Shown piece by piece: positions 8,018-18,310 of a stretch of 64,000 nt of DNA. The position numbers and the translations under genes are program-made. Source of the stretch: a bacterium (GTDB taxonomy: Bacteria; Patescibacteriota; Minisyncoccia; Moranbacterales; GWC2-37-73); the NCBI GenBank assembly GCA_037140955.1, contig JBAXDL010000001.1, positions 114,319 through 178,318 of the forward strand, read 5' to 3'. The number at the start of each line of letters is the position of its first letter. Position 1 is the stretch's first letter. The notes under the pieces are model-generated. The model was given only the letters and a program-made list of their open reading frames with translations, was not told the DNA's origin and did no database searches.

Positions 8018-8569
8018 CTAAAATTGTACTTTTACATTTTCTTTTTCTGCCTCATCCGCTGCGAAAAATTCGCGAGCTACAAATCCAAGCATTCCTGCAA
8101 GCAAATTGGTTGGAAAAACTTGAAGCTTGGTGTTGAAGTCTCGCACGTTGCCATTATAAAACCTGCGAGAGGCTTGAATTTTGTCTTCAGTGTCGGCAAG
8201 TTCACGTTGAAGTTCCAAAAAGTTTTGATTAGCTTTCAAGTCTGGATAATTCTCAGAGACTGCAAACAAGGATTTCAATGTTCCAGAAAGCATGTTCTCG
8301 GCTTCCTGTTTTTCGCCTGTTGTTCCTGCGCTCATTGCTGCAGTTCTGGCTTTGGTCACATTTTCCAGCAATTCTTTTTCATGAGTGGCATATCCCTTCA
8401 CAGTGCTAATCAAATTCGGAATCAAATCATAACGACGTTTCAATTGCACATCAATATCACTCCAGGCCTCATCAACACGATTTTTGAGTGTAATTAGTCC
8501 GTTGTACATTCCTACCAAAACAAGTCCCAAAACAACTACCACTGCGACAATGATTAATCCAATTGACAT
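8018..8569 (-). CDS. lemA: LemA family protein
   Basis: N-terminal TM then the LemA signature NRVDEAWSDIDVQLKRRYDLIPNL. Confidence 0.8.
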   Translation of the reverse strand: MSIGLIIVAVVVVLGLVLVGMYNGLITLKNRVDEAWSDIDVQLKRRYDLIPNLISTVKGYATHEKELLENVTKARTAAMSAGTTGEKQEAENMLSGTLKSLFAVSENYPDLKANQNFLELQRELADTEDKIQASRRFYNGNVRDFNTKLQVFPTNLLAGMLGFVAREFFAADEAEKENVKVQF

Positions 8570-8773
8570 AAGAATTTTATGCCTACTGTTGTTGTAGACA
8601 TTGCTACCACAAAAGAGGCAAAATTAATTTATATTTATTATACAGCATATCTAATTATCAACAAACATCCACATCAAAAATACCTTTAAAACATAATACG
8701 CCCAGTGTCGTGCTAAAATTTCAATCTCTTTAATGTGACCACTAAACGTGCTATACTGAAAATGTAAGTACTT

Positions 8774-9244
8774 TTGTTTTTAAATAATTTTAATAAAAAT
8801 ATGCTAAAAGCAATTGCTCCCTATGCCGTGTTTCTCATTCCAATTATTGTTGGAATAATCATTCAGACAATCAAGTTCGCATTGTACAGCATTAAACATG
8901 GTTTCAATATTCGCTATGCCCTGACGCATGGTCACATGCCAAGCGCGCACACTGCCCTTGCTATTTCATTGGTAACTTCCGTTGGACACTATGAAGGATT
9001 TGGCGATGCCTCCTTTGCAATTGCTATGGTCGTGGCTTTCATCATCATTGATGATGCCACCAGACTTCGCATGCATCTTGGTGATCAAGGAAGATACTTG
9101 AACATGTTAATAGAACAGTTAAACATCAGTGAGGAGCAATACCCAAGACTCAAAGAACGCATGGGCCACAGAGTTAGCGAGGTCATCGTTGGTGGAATTG
9201 CAGGCTTCTTTCTGACAATACTCTTGATTCAAATTTTCATTTAA
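8774..9244 (+). CDS. divergent PAP2-like membrane protein (DUF212/YuiD-like)
   Basis: 156 aa; HGHMPSAHTAL motif; 3-4 TM. Confidence 0.5.
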   Translation: MFLNNFNKNMLKAIAPYAVFLIPIIVGIIIQTIKFALYSIKHGFNIRYALTHGHMPSAHTALAISLVTSVGHYEGFGDASFAIAMVVAFIIIDDATRLRMHLGDQGRYLNMLIEQLNISEEQYPRLKERMGHRVSEVIVGGIAGFFLTILLIQIFI

Positions 9245-9277
9245 GAAAAATAAAAGCCCCGGCAATGGGGCTTTTTA

Positions 9278-10606
9278 TTATATGGTTTTTTGCAATTCTT
9301 CTTGAATAACTTGCTTATCGTTCCATGGAATTTTTTTGTCACCCACAACCATGGACTCAAAATTCCCCATGCCAGTGACGCAAATAACGTCATTCTCTTT
9401 TGCAATTTCAAGTGCCTTTGCAATAGCAATGCGTCTGTCTGAAATTTTCCAAAGACTTTGGTTTTCAATCTTATCTTTTATCCCTACAGCAATTTCCTCA
9501 ATGATTTGCTCAGGATTTTCATGATATGGTTCGTCGTTGGTTAGCACAATAAAATCGGCATATTTTGAAACTACTTCACCCATAATCGGACGTTTTCCTT
9601 TGTCTCGATCGCCGCATGAACCGAAAACTGCAATAATTTTTGCGCCCTCTTTTTTCACATCAAAAAGCAGTTTGTACAATCTTTCAAGTGCATTTGGAGT
9701 TAAAGCAAAATCAACCAAAATATTGAGTCCCTTATTATTCTCCACGCTCTCCATGCGCCCTGCCACACCCTTTATTTTTCCAAGCGCCTCTTTGATCATT
9801 TCCAGCTCAATACCTTCACTCAGGGCCACGCAAGTTGCTGCAAGAGCATTCTCGATGTTAAATAAGCCAGGTAGATTAATTTTAAATTCTTCCCTAGGAT
9901 AAGCTTGAAGCAAAAAATTATAAATTTTAAATGTTGAACTAGAAATTCCAAGCTCAATATCCTTTGCAACAACCTTTTGGATTTTGTCATTTGGATTTTG
10001 TTTGGATTTTGTCGTTTGGATTTTGTCATTTGTCGAGTATCCATATGATTTTTCATTTGCATATTGCAGATAATCTTCAGACTTCTCCATATCCAGATTC
10101 ACAATAACCGTGCCCTTGTTTTTTGAGACCACCTCAAAAAGCATTTTTTTTGCTTGGCGATATTTCTCCATGGTTCCATGATAATCCAAATGTTCACGTG
10201 TCACATTGGTGATCACTGCAGTTTGAAATTCAATCCCCCACACGCGATGCTGATCGAGTGAATGTGAAGATGTTTCCAAAATCAAATACTCACAACCAGC
10301 CGAAGTAGCCTTGGAAATAAATTTCTGCAAGGCAAAAGCTGATTCTGTGGTGAAATGCGAAAGATTTTTTTCCTCCACACCATCAATCACAAAATTAATC
10401 GTTGAAGCCATGGCAACTTTCTTTCCAGATTCCTGAAAAATCTTTGTGATCATTTGCACTGTCGTTGTTTTTCCATCAGTGCCTGTCACACCAATCACCT
10501 TTATTTTTTTTGAAGGAAAACCAAAAACAACATTAGCCAGGATTGCCTGAGTTAAATGATAAATATTCTTGAGGGATTGAGGTATTGCCTGCTTAATTTT
10601 GTGCAT
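9278..10606 (-). CDS. Mur ligase family protein (MurE-like)
   Basis: VIGVTGTDGKTTT P-loop; Mur ligase middle and C-terminal domains; carries an in-frame tandem-repeat insertion. Confidence 0.7.
   Translation of the reverse strand: MHKIKQAIPQSLKNIYHLTQAILANVVFGFPSKKIKVIGVTGTDGKTTTVQMITKIFQESGKKVAMASTINFVIDGVEEKNLSHFTTESAFALQKFISKATSAGCEYLILETSSHSLDQHRVWGIEFQTAVITNVTREHLDYHGTMEKYRQAKKMLFEVVSKNKGTVIVNLDMEKSEDYLQYANEKSYGYSTNDKIQTTKSKQNPNDKIQKVVAKDIELGISSSTFKIYNFLLQAYPREEFKINLPGLFNIENALAATCVALSEGIELEMIKEALGKIKGVAGRMESVENNKGLNILVDFALTPNALERLYKLLFDVKKEGAKIIAVFGSCGDRDKGKRPIMGEVVSKYADFIVLTNDEPYHENPEQIIEEIAVGIKDKIENQSLWKISDRRIAIAKALEIAKENDVICVTGMGNFESMVVGDKKIPWNDKQVIQEELQKTI
9975..10040. repeat. imperfect ~12-13 bp tandem repeat (GGATTTTGTCATTT-like) inside the Mur ligase CDS
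   Basis: ttggattttgtcatttggattttgtttggattttgtcgtttggattttgtcatttg; encodes the low-complexity segment TNDKIQTTKSKQNPNDKIQ. Confidence 0.5.
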
Positions 10607-10709
10607 AATTTTTAATTTTTACAATTTTTAATTTTATAAATAAATTATAATGTTTTAATTTCCTTTTCAAAGGATAAGCTTGAAGCAAAAAACATTGAAA
10701 ATTCAAAAA

Positions 10710-11756
10710 TTATTTACGAAATTTCACTGCAAAAGCTTTTGCCGCCTGAAGCCCGCGATAGGCCCAATATTTTCGAGGATTTATGATGATATCATAACTT
10801 CCAGGAAAAACAACTGGTTTTGTTTTTGGTGAAAAACCAAGCTTGAAATCAGTAACACCTCTTAATGAAGAATTTTTATTCGTAATTGGTAAATTTGTGT
10901 TTAATTCGTAATTCGTAGAAATCCCACCGAAGTCATATTTCTTATACCCCAATACTTTAGCATCCAAAATCGCTTGCCATTGCAGCGAAAATGGTGCCAT
11001 CAAATTGCGATGCAAACTTCCAGAAGCTCCATGCAAATATGTCACCGTGTCACCAAAAAACAAAACTAGATTTGCCGCGATAATCTTGTCATCAACTTTT
11101 GCCACATAAATTCGCAGCATTTCACTTGGAAAAACTTCAATCATTTTTTGATAATATTCATCGGGATGTGCCGTGATCCCATGCCTCTGAGCCATTTCTT
11201 TGGTCAATCGCAAAAATGCATGCAAATATTTTTCTTGTTCTTTTTTTCCATTTTCTGATTGCGAGTGATCAATCAGCACACCCTTTTTGATAGCAATGCC
11301 AACGTTGTACCTTGTCTTGGTTTTCATTTCCGCCAAAAGCTGTTCTGATGGTTTTGAAACATCCAACACAAAAAGCTCTCTTGGTTGCATGTCATGCGGC
11401 GCTTTTACAACATTTTCTGAAACATTTTCTTTTATTAAATTTAGAAGCTCTTTATTTGCAGGCTCAATCCTGATCCAGCCAGCATTTTCCTTTTTTGCCA
11501 AATCAACCAGGTCCTGCATTTCATTTTTAATTTTGTCATTTTGATTTGAAAATTCATTGGAAATTGGAAATTGGAAATTGGAAATTGGACCACGAGGGAC
11601 GTATTCGTATTTCCCCACCATCGGAAGAACATGTTCAATAGTGCTCGCCAAAAAATCATCGTTTTCAATTCGATGTGTTTTTCTTCCAACTTTTTCTTGA
11701 AATTTTGCCCAAATCTCCGACTGCAAAAAATCAATATTTTGAATATTTTTTTCCAT
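10710..11756 (-). CDS. FemAB-family peptidyl transferase (FemX-like)
   Basis: 348 aa; FemAB acetyltransferase-fold motifs (LHGASGS...YDFGGI); contains the in-frame GAAATTG tandem repeat (FPISNFQFPISN). Confidence 0.7.
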   Translation of the reverse strand: MEKNIQNIDFLQSEIWAKFQEKVGRKTHRIENDDFLASTIEHVLPMVGKYEYVPRGPISNFQFPISNEFSNQNDKIKNEMQDLVDLAKKENAGWIRIEPANKELLNLIKENVSENVVKAPHDMQPRELFVLDVSKPSEQLLAEMKTKTRYNVGIAIKKGVLIDHSQSENGKKEQEKYLHAFLRLTKEMAQRHGITAHPDEYYQKMIEVFPSEMLRIYVAKVDDKIIAANLVLFFGDTVTYLHGASGSLHRNLMAPFSLQWQAILDAKVLGYKKYDFGGISTNYELNTNLPITNKNSSLRGVTDFKLGFSPKTKPVVFPGSYDIIINPRKYWAYRGLQAAKAFAVKFRK

Positions 11757-11810
11757 GAATAAAGTATACCAGGAAAAAGAAGAAAATAAAAAGATATTAT
11801 TAAGTAAATT

Positions 11811-12983
11811 TTAGTCAGCAATGCAACGAACAGACATGGCTGTTGCTTGAAGGTTGAGATTTGATGATATGATATCACCAGCAGCGTTGCTGCCAAAAAA
11901 CAAAGAAGTAAGAGTAACACTGCTTACGTTTTTTATAGCTGTTGATGAATAATAATGACCGTCAGTGTCCACATGATTTATTGTTCCATTGTAGGTACGA
12001 AATCCAGCAGGAACTAATTTTAGTTTTGAAGAATAAAGCTTACCCTTACAATCAAAGCCGAAGTAACAATTTTTAAATCCTATACCAGTAAGAAGAAAAT
12101 CCCATTCTGCAAATGTTGGAATATGAAATCCGTCAGGGCATGGATTACTGATACCAGGCGTGTTTGAATTTGTCAACCAAAGCTCAGTATTTACCTGCGT
12201 ATCAGGAAGCCAGCTAGAATAACTATAGCCAACCGGAGGTAGCCAAAACGGTGACTCTATAAAGCTTTCAGTATATGGTGCTACTACATTGTAAGATGAG
12301 TCTATTGTGACCTTATCATATTTTATAACACTACTTAATGCTAAAGGCGAAGGCTGCCCTCCCCAGGCTGTATATTGATGACCATCAGCTTTTCTGCCCC
12401 ATTGAAAATACCAACCATAGCCAGCATCATCAGTGGCTGAAGTTGGCAGGTCTTTTGCTCCCAAATTCCTATCCAACCAACATCTACCATCTTCAGCTAA
12501 AACTTTTCCGTAAGTAATTCCATCTTTAGAAACTGTTCCCGTGCAATCAACTCCAACCTTAACACTGACAGACCTGGCTGTTCCATTGTATGTTGCGACT
12601 GATTTAATAATTTTAACATCATTTCCCTTGCTGGTGTTGCAAATAATCGGAACCATTGCTGCTAGATCAGAATATAGATAAAGGTCATATCTTCCTGCTC
12701 CAGGAATTGATAAATTCTTAATCACACCATTATCGCAGGTGCTAAAAACAGGAATAGTATTTATTACTGAAGTTAAATTACTGCCAGCATTAATAGTTTT
12801 GATTGCAAGTTGAGCTCCACTATCAGCTGTTTGCAAAGATTGTACCGAGGAGGATGTTGCACTGGCTGATTTTTTTTCTATTATTGTTGATGAGGAAATA
12901 GCCACTGCAATAGATAGCATCATGCCAAGGACAATGAGAGAATATGCTAGGATGGAACCTTGTTTTTTGTTGCTTTTGAACAT
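11811..12983 (-). CDS. secreted/membrane-anchored protein with C-terminal Fib_succ_major-type domain (paralog A)
   Basis: N-terminal signal-anchor; C-terminus CPDGFHIPT..EWDFL...SVRCIAD resembles the Fibrobacter major paralogous domain. Confidence 0.55.
   Translation of the reverse strand: MFKSNKKQGSILAYSLIVLGMMLSIAVAISSSTIIEKKSASATSSSVQSLQTADSGAQLAIKTINAGSNLTSVINTIPVFSTCDNGVIKNLSIPGAGRYDLYLYSDLAAMVPIICNTSKGNDVKIIKSVATYNGTARSVSVKVGVDCTGTVSKDGITYGKVLAEDGRCWLDRNLGAKDLPTSATDDAGYGWYFQWGRKADGHQYTAWGGQPSPLALSSVIKYDKVTIDSSYNVVAPYTESFIESPFWLPPVGYSYSSWLPDTQVNTELWLTNSNTPGISNPCPDGFHIPTFAEWDFLLTGIGFKNCYFGFDCKGKLYSSKLKLVPAGFRTYNGTINHVDTDGHYYSSTAIKNVSSVTLTSLFFGSNAAGDIISSNLNLQATAMSVRCIAD
12346..12972. repeat. 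627-bp perfect direct repeat, copy 1 (identical to 13517-14143)
   Basis: identity read base-by-base; covers the N-terminal ~209 codons of paralog A. Confidence 0.9.
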
Positions 12984-13023
12984 ATTAGGAAATGAATACT
13001 TAAATTTTTATTGCTTGGAAAAA

Positions 13024-14172
13024 TTAGTCAGCAATGCAACGAAGCGACAATCCAAAATAGCGCCAAAGTGGACCAGCACCAATTTGATTATTATCAATAA
13101 TCGTCCAAAACATTTGATATTCATGACTAAATGGAGGACTAACCGTCCAAAAATAACCAACCTCACCCTTTCTCTCAATGCTCGCATAAGCATTTCCTCG
13201 ATAACCAGCGGATACAAATTTTAATTTTGAATTAAATGCTGGTACTATGCAGTTAGTGTTACAACCATACAGCCCAGCACTATTCAAAAGCTGCGCAAAT
13301 TCTTGCTGAGTTGGAACACGAAAGCCTGATGGACAAGGGTTATTACTACTTGTAAGATCCCAAAGACTATTGTCCTGTAATGTATCAGGAAGCCAATCAA
13401 ATTTACTAAATAGTGCTGGATTTCCATCTGCACCCAAAAAATATGTATTATACGGCGGCTGAACCTCATGATTAACTATGATTGCAAGATTATTCATCAC
13501 AGAGCTACTCAATGCCGGCGAAGGCTGCCCTCCCCAGGCTGTATATTGATGACCATCAGCTTTTCTGCCCCATTGAAAATACCAACCATAGCCAGCATCA
13601 TCAGTGGCTGAAGTTGGCAGGTCTTTTGCTCCCAAATTCCTATCCAACCAACATCTACCATCTTCAGCTAAAACTTTTCCGTAAGTAATTCCATCTTTAG
13701 AAACTGTTCCCGTGCAATCAACTCCAACCTTAACACTGACAGACCTGGCTGTTCCATTGTATGTTGCGACTGATTTAATAATTTTAACATCATTTCCCTT
13801 GCTGGTGTTGCAAATAATCGGAACCATTGCTGCTAGATCAGAATATAGATAAAGGTCATATCTTCCTGCTCCAGGAATTGATAAATTCTTAATCACACCA
13901 TTATCGCAGGTGCTAAAAACAGGAATAGTATTTATTACTGAAGTTAAATTACTGCCAGCATTAATAGTTTTGATTGCAAGTTGAGCTCCACTATCAGCTG
14001 TTTGCAAAGATTGTACCGAGGAGGATGTTGCACTGGCTGATTTTTTTTCTATTATTGTTGATGAGGAAATAGCCACTGCAATAGATAGCATCATGCCAAG
14101 GACAATGAGAGAATATGCTAGGATGGAACCTTGTTTTTTGTTGTTAAAAAAGGTTTTATTTTTTTTGAACAT
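13024..14172 (-). CDS. secreted/membrane-anchored protein with C-terminal Fib_succ_major-type domain (paralog B)
   Basis: N-terminus identical to paralog A; divergent C-terminus NPCPSGFRVPTQQEFAQL...SLRCIAD. Confidence 0.55.
   Translation of the reverse strand: MFKKNKTFFNNKKQGSILAYSLIVLGMMLSIAVAISSSTIIEKKSASATSSSVQSLQTADSGAQLAIKTINAGSNLTSVINTIPVFSTCDNGVIKNLSIPGAGRYDLYLYSDLAAMVPIICNTSKGNDVKIIKSVATYNGTARSVSVKVGVDCTGTVSKDGITYGKVLAEDGRCWLDRNLGAKDLPTSATDDAGYGWYFQWGRKADGHQYTAWGGQPSPALSSSVMNNLAIIVNHEVQPPYNTYFLGADGNPALFSKFDWLPDTLQDNSLWDLTSSNNPCPSGFRVPTQQEFAQLLNSAGLYGCNTNCIVPAFNSKLKFVSAGYRGNAYASIERKGEVGYFWTVSPPFSHEYQMFWTIIDNNQIGAGPLWRYFGLSLRCIAD
13517..14143. repeat. 627-bp perfect direct repeat, copy 2
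   Basis: identical to 12346-12972. Confidence 0.9.
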
Positions 14173-14227
14173 CTTTTTATTTTAGCAGTTACCCAAACTA
14201 AGTGATTGTTTTTCATTATACCACAAA

Positions 14228-14800
14228 CTACTTCCTACCAAGGCTCTTAAGCGCAAGTTTCACTCTCTCTCCAACGTCTTTAATCTCAACAGGAATTAGT
14301 TTGAGCGCTTCGCGTGACTCTGAAACAGAATATCCCATAGCAACAAGTGCCTCAAAGGCATCTGAGTCACTTTCAAGTTGTGCTTTTTCATAAATTGGCA
14401 TTTCTTTGATTTTATTTTTGAGTTCCAAAATAACCCTCTGAGCGATTTTCTTTCCAACACCTGAAACCCTAGTCAAAATTGATGGATCCTCATTCAAAAC
14501 GGCCATACCAATCGTTTTTGGATCAGCAATTGCCAAGATTCCCATCGCAGCTTTTGGTCCAATTCCTGAAATTGAAATCAAAAGCTCAAACATTTCCAAT
14601 TCAGCAATTTCCACAAATCCATACAATGCCAAAGTGTCTTCTCGCACATATGTATGAGTGTATAATTGCACAGATTGAGCGCCGGCAATCATCCCAAAGG
14701 TGTGCACAGTAACAAACACTTTATACCCAACCCCATTCACATCAATAATAGCATAGTTGTCATGCAACAAATCTATCTTGCCTGTTAATTTTGCAATCAT
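14228..14800 (-). CDS. ruvA: Holliday junction DNA helicase RuvA
   Basis: MIAKLTGKI...GVGYKVFV N-terminus; HhH motifs. Confidence 0.9.
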   Translation of the reverse strand: MIAKLTGKIDLLHDNYAIIDVNGVGYKVFVTVHTFGMIAGAQSVQLYTHTYVREDTLALYGFVEIAELEMFELLISISGIGPKAAMGILAIADPKTIGMAVLNEDPSILTRVSGVGKKIAQRVILELKNKIKEMPIYEKAQLESDSDAFEALVAMGYSVSESREALKLIPVEIKDVGERVKLALKSLGRK

Positions 14801-14824
14801 ATCTTTATTTTTTCATTTTTATAT

Positions 14825-17134
14825 TTAAACAGCAGGAACAACAGGTGGAATAACTGGATCCGGAACAACAACAGGATCAGGCTCTGGAATCTTAAAATAT
14901 TCTGATTTACAATCAATAGTTGGCAACGGATCAAGACTTTTATTTTTCTTTTTATTGTCCTTTAGCCAACCTTGTACGCCCTTTTCCCAATTTTTATACT
15001 GCAAATCAGCAGTAGGATCTTTTGGCGCATCGCCACGTGGATTTTCTTTGTTTATGTAATACAAAATATCATGCACATCACCAAATGTTTTTTTCTCGGT
15101 GGTGTCTGATGGGCAAGAATCATTTTGCAAGCAATAATCTCCCTTGTAACCTCTAGCAGTCATTAAGCAAACCTTCACATCTTTTTGAATATTTTCTTCT
15201 CCGTTTAGTACTGGCTTTCCAGTATCCTCTTTTTCATATTTTGGGAATTGCTCAACCATACTGTTTCCCAATGCTTGATTCATGAAAGATCTCCAAATTG
15301 GAGCTGCAACAACAATACCATCAGATCCAACCTTCATTGATGAATTATTGTTGTTTCCAGCCCAAACACCAACAGCAATTGAAGGAGTGAATCCCATTGC
15401 CCAACCATCACGAAATTCATTGGTTGTTCCAGTTTTGGCAGCAACTGGACGATCTGTAAATTTGAATGGATTGTTGTCTCCAAACACCGGAGCGCGATAT
15501 TCATTAGTGGACATGATGTGATCAAGCATGGCAACATATTTTTCTTCCACAACTCTTTGACCAGGATTGTCTTTATATTGTTCAAGCACGGTTCCATCTT
15601 TGTCTTGAATTTTCATGATCGCCACACTATCACGATGCACACCACCAGCAGCCAAAGCGCCATAAGCATTAACATGATCAAGCAAAGTAACCTCTCCTCC
15701 ACCCAACACTAAAGACAAACCGTAACGATCGGGCTCATTCAATCCCTTGATGCCAAGACCTTTTGCAAGAAAAATTGAATCCTTAACTCCTGCCAAATAT
15801 AGGGTCTTAACTGCTGGAATGTTTAGTGACATTGCCAAAGCATTTTTCATTTGCAGTGGACCATGAAATTTTCCATCATAATTTTGCGGAGAATAGTCTT
15901 TTCCAGTATCAGTAGAAAAATTGGTTGGCACGTCATACAGTAATGTTTCTGGAGTATACCCTTTAGTAAAAGCAGTCAAATAAACATACGGCTTGAAAGA
16001 TGAGCCTGGTTGACGATTAGCAAGAGCAACATTAACCTGACCATCAATAGATTTGTCAAAATAATTTTTACTACCAACCATGGCCAAAATTTGACCAGTT
16101 CTTGGATCCTCAGCAACCAAGGCAGCATTTGCTGCTTTGTTAGGAGCATTTTTTGCAGCACCCTCTGAAACAGCCTTTTCTGCAGCTTGCTGCTTGTCCC
16201 AATCAATTGTTGTATAAACTTTCAATCCTCCTTGTTCAACGGCTTGTTCACCATATTTGTTCACCAAATAATCTTTCACATACATCACAAAATGAGGAGC
16301 AGAAATATTGTCTTGCTTTGGATTAACTTCTGCCAAAATATCAACACCCTTAGCATCATCAGCTTGCTGCTGTGTGATATATCCCTGATCAGCCATTTTT
16401 TGCAAAGCAGAACTTTTTCTTCCAACCAATGCATCAAGATGAGAACCAAAAGGAGAATAGTACGTTGGCGCATTTGGCAAAGAAGCAAGCAATGCTGCTT
16501 CCGGCAAAGTCAAATCTTTAGCATTTTTTCCAAAAAAAGTTTGTGCAGCAGCCTCGATTCCATAAGCACTAGAGCCATATGGAATCTGATTCAAATACAT
16601 CGCCAAAATTTCATCTTTTGAATATTTTTGTTCAAGCTCAATTGCTAAGATCAATTCTTTGATTTTTCTGATAATTGTTTTTTCACTAGTAAGCATGGAC
16701 ACCTTAATGAACTGCTGGGTGATTGTGCTTCCTCCCTGCGCCGCTCCACCCTTAATGATATCTTTAAGGGCACTACGCAAAATAGATTTTGGATCAACGC
16801 CATGGTGAGTATAAAACCCCTGATCCTCCAATGCTATGGTGGCATATTTAACATTGTCAGGAATTTCATTGAAAGGAACAATTGTTCTTTTCTCTTCTCC
16901 ATGCACATCATATAGCAAGTGCTCACCTGTTCTGTCGTATATTTTAGTGGATTGAATAATCAACTTTGCATCAAGCGAACTTGCACTTGGCAAATCTTTT
17001 GCAAAATACAAAAAAATACCAACAACAGAAATCACACCCAGAGCAAAAAGTGCTCCCAGAATTTTTGCAGCAAGTTTTAGCTTGCTCTTGTGTGTGCTAT
17101 TTCTAAAATTTTTTGAAATAAAAACTGGTTCCAT
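14825..17134 (-). CDS. penicillin-binding protein 1A (bifunctional transglycosylase/transpeptidase)
   Basis: GT51 motifs (EDQGFYTHHG); SXXK (SSFKP); KTG; Pro-rich C-terminal tail. Confidence 0.9.
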   Translation of the reverse strand: MEPVFISKNFRNSTHKSKLKLAAKILGALFALGVISVVGIFLYFAKDLPSASSLDAKLIIQSTKIYDRTGEHLLYDVHGEEKRTIVPFNEIPDNVKYATIALEDQGFYTHHGVDPKSILRSALKDIIKGGAAQGGSTITQQFIKVSMLTSEKTIIRKIKELILAIELEQKYSKDEILAMYLNQIPYGSSAYGIEAAAQTFFGKNAKDLTLPEAALLASLPNAPTYYSPFGSHLDALVGRKSSALQKMADQGYITQQQADDAKGVDILAEVNPKQDNISAPHFVMYVKDYLVNKYGEQAVEQGGLKVYTTIDWDKQQAAEKAVSEGAAKNAPNKAANAALVAEDPRTGQILAMVGSKNYFDKSIDGQVNVALANRQPGSSFKPYVYLTAFTKGYTPETLLYDVPTNFSTDTGKDYSPQNYDGKFHGPLQMKNALAMSLNIPAVKTLYLAGVKDSIFLAKGLGIKGLNEPDRYGLSLVLGGGEVTLLDHVNAYGALAAGGVHRDSVAIMKIQDKDGTVLEQYKDNPGQRVVEEKYVAMLDHIMSTNEYRAPVFGDNNPFKFTDRPVAAKTGTTNEFRDGWAMGFTPSIAVGVWAGNNNNSSMKVGSDGIVVAAPIWRSFMNQALGNSMVEQFPKYEKEDTGKPVLNGEENIQKDVKVCLMTARGYKGDYCLQNDSCPSDTTEKKTFGDVHDILYYINKENPRGDAPKDPTADLQYKNWEKGVQGWLKDNKKKNKSLDPLPTIDCKSEYFKIPEPDPVVVPDPVIPPVVPAV

Positions 17135-17265
17135 AGTAAAAAATAATAATAGATAAAACGTATATTCATTATAAGCCGATAATGCTTTTTTTCAAAGCTG
17201 CTTTACTATACACTAATTATTAATTTTATCAAGATATCCAACATATATCTTTCTTGATCAATATA

Positions 17266-17290
17266 AAAAATCTGTAACTCACTTGTTACA
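17266..17290. terminator. bidirectional hairpin terminator
   Basis: AATCTGTAAC-TCACTT-GTTACAGATT flanked by A/T runs. Confidence 0.45.
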
Positions 17291-18310
17291 GATTTTTTCA
17301 TACAATTCTAAATAATTTTTTGCCATAACAAGGCTATCAAAATTATCCTTAGCGTATTTCCTACATTCTTTCCTGTCAAATTTGTCAGTGTTCTTCACTG
17401 CGGTAACTAACTCAGCAAAATCATCAGAAAGAAAGGCTATTTTTTCATTTTGTAGCATTTCCGGCAAGGGCCCGATAGTTGTGCCAATAATAGGAGTTCC
17501 GCAAGCCAGGGCCTCTCCCACCACCATAGGGCAAACTTCCGGCCTCCTGATTGGCAAAAGCAAAGCTGATGCACTTTTTAAGTATTCATAAATTTCCACA
17601 TGCGAAACTTCTCCCATATAGATTATATTTATCCCATCCAAAAATGGTTCTATTTTTTCTGCAAAAAATGCTTTTCTCTCCTTGGTGTTTCCGATTCTGC
17701 CAAAAATTAGTAATTTAACACCTGACTTTATTGCAATTTCAATAGCAGTATCTATCCCTTTTTGATCATTCAATCTTCCAACAAACATCAAATACTCCCC
17801 TTTTTCAAAAGAATAGCTTATTTTTTTTGTTGGCACTCCGTTATAAATAATCGCATCTGTTTTTAAAGTTCCTGATTGAGATTGACTGAGTGCATTAGTA
17901 TATAATTTGGTTTTTTCTATAATCTCAAAGGCAGCATCATCAATTCTGTTGTGAAAAGAAAGTAGACATGGAATTGAAACTTTTTCGCACAATGCGCTAG
18001 CATATCGCTGGGAGTGCAAGTGAATGATGTCAAAATCGCTTTCAAATTCTAAAACTTTTTCCTGACTGGCGATTTTTATATCCCTAAAGTCTCTTGGACT
18101 GAGCTTGGAAATGCTTGGCATGTTCCAAATACTTTTTTCTAATGAAACAATGTGTTTTGCTTTTGTGTGCCAATCACCTGGAGCAAACAAAGTCACATCA
18201 ATACCAAGCTCCAAAAAAGCATCTGTTAGATTCTGCGTAACAATCTCAGGACCACCCGTATCACCAAAAGGCGGGGCAACCATAGCAACACGCAGTTTTT
18301 TATTTGTCAT
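17279..18310 (-). CDS. glycosyltransferase family 4
   Basis: GT4 N-terminal and C-terminal Rossmann motifs. Confidence 0.7.
   Translation of the reverse strand: MTNKKLRVAMVAPPFGDTGGPEIVTQNLTDAFLELGIDVTLFAPGDWHTKAKHIVSLEKSIWNMPSISKLSPRDFRDIKIASQEKVLEFESDFDIIHLHSQRYASALCEKVSIPCLLSFHNRIDDAAFEIIEKTKLYTNALSQSQSGTLKTDAIIYNGVPTKKISYSFEKGEYLMFVGRLNDQKGIDTAIEIAIKSGVKLLIFGRIGNTKERKAFFAEKIEPFLDGINIIYMGEVSHVEIYEYLKSASALLLPIRRPEVCPMVVGEALACGTPIIGTTIGPLPEMLQNEKIAFLSDDFAELVTAVKNTDKFDRKECRKYAKDNFDSLVMAKNYLELYEKICNK

Noticed and set aside
11811-14172. Diversity-generating retroelement targeting the two Fib_succ-domain paralogs
   Set aside because: There is no reverse transcriptase or template repeat in the window. 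The identical segment is the constant N-terminal part, not an adenine-biased variable C-terminal repeat.
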